Assembly (NCBI RefSeq): GCF_964355755.1
Contig: NC_092679.1
Coordinates: 3,688,201-3,752,200, forward strand
DNA: 64,000 bases
From: Antedon mediterranea
Taxonomy: Eukaryota > Animalia > Echinodermata
Direction: 5' to 3'
Within the stretch, counting starts at the first letter, position 1, and every line of letters begins with the position of its first letter. A model generated the notes under the pieces. The model saw only the letters and a program-made list of their open reading frames with translations, was not told the origin of the DNA and ran no database searches. A program made the translations under genes and the position numbers. This document shows, in pieces, positions 63,204 to 64,000 of the stretch.

Positions 63204-64000
63204 GTATGTATTTTCACAAATTATATAATCTACTAATCATTATAATAATCATAATTAATTAATAAATAGATTCTGAAGTATAATAATAATACATGGTTCC
63301 CAAAAATAAAAAAATAATAAAAAAAGATTAATGCTAGCTAAATTAATCCAGGTTATAGGTTAATTTAATGTGTGTATGTCATAACAAATTAATTTTTACA
63401 ATTAATAATATTGTATTTATAGCTTTCAATATAACCAATGCTTTCCTCCTTGTTGCCTCTTCTGTTAACCATTTTGAGATTGAGGTTTATGAATATATAT
63501 TTAAAAAATATCTGTTATGCTTACTCATTCAAAAACAAAGAGTTCAACTACTAATGCTACAACCCCTACTGTCAATGTATACGGTGCACGGTACCACCGC
63601 TCAAATTTGTTACCGCTTTTTCTTACCTAACCTTTTCAGGTCTCATGGCCCTTAAGGCTGCAGTGGTAACTGCATTTGAATCAGTGTAAAATTACTTCAT
63701 TCCTCAGCAGTTTTTAAATACAGGGATACCTGAATAAATCTATGCAAAATACCCTTTTACGTTCTGCCTAAAACACAGTACAAAACTCTAAAAATAATTG
63801 GATCATTTTTTACTGATTTTTATTACAATGTTTTCCTGTTACAGAATCCTATTGGCATGGGGAAGAACAGATATATATGAAAGGAAAAAGTTTATATTTT
63901 GTTAAATAATAATTTTGTTTAGAAAACAGCAGCATGAGACAGTGCATGTAATTGCATTACCCCCTTTGTTATTTCTGTTTTATGTTTATTTTAATCCTTT

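Overview
AT-rich, intron-containing animal genomic DNA from an invertebrate. A deuterostome such as an echinoderm is my inference, not something the sequence proves. Eight protein-coding genes can be assembled from GT-AG exons: (1) the 3' part of a single-pass WAP/VWC/EGF-array/Cys-repeat/pacifastin-like/SEA membrane protein (+); (2,3) a tail-to-tail pair of two-pore (K2P) potassium channels; (4) consortin-like (-); (5) a Vsx/Chx10 homeobox gene (-); (6) an MMP with an atypical, shortened pro-peptide (-); (7) a TPR protein (-), head-to-head with (8) RALGAPB (+, runs off the end). The non-coding DNA holds about 12 copies of a TWA-targeting Harbinger-type MITE, TTAA-flanked Kolobok-like elements, a hAT-like MITE, tRNA- and 5S-derived SINEs, LINE 3' ends and several minisatellites. 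The most notable unannotated structure is (a) four minimal hammerhead-ribozyme motifs of the Penelope-like type, (b) five 20-36 bp CA...TG palindromes flanked by 7-8 bp target duplications that look like P-element excision footprints, and (c) a 5S-derived SINE that shares a tail with another SINE and is split by a DNA transposon. Exon boundaries were read by eye and may be off by a few bases.
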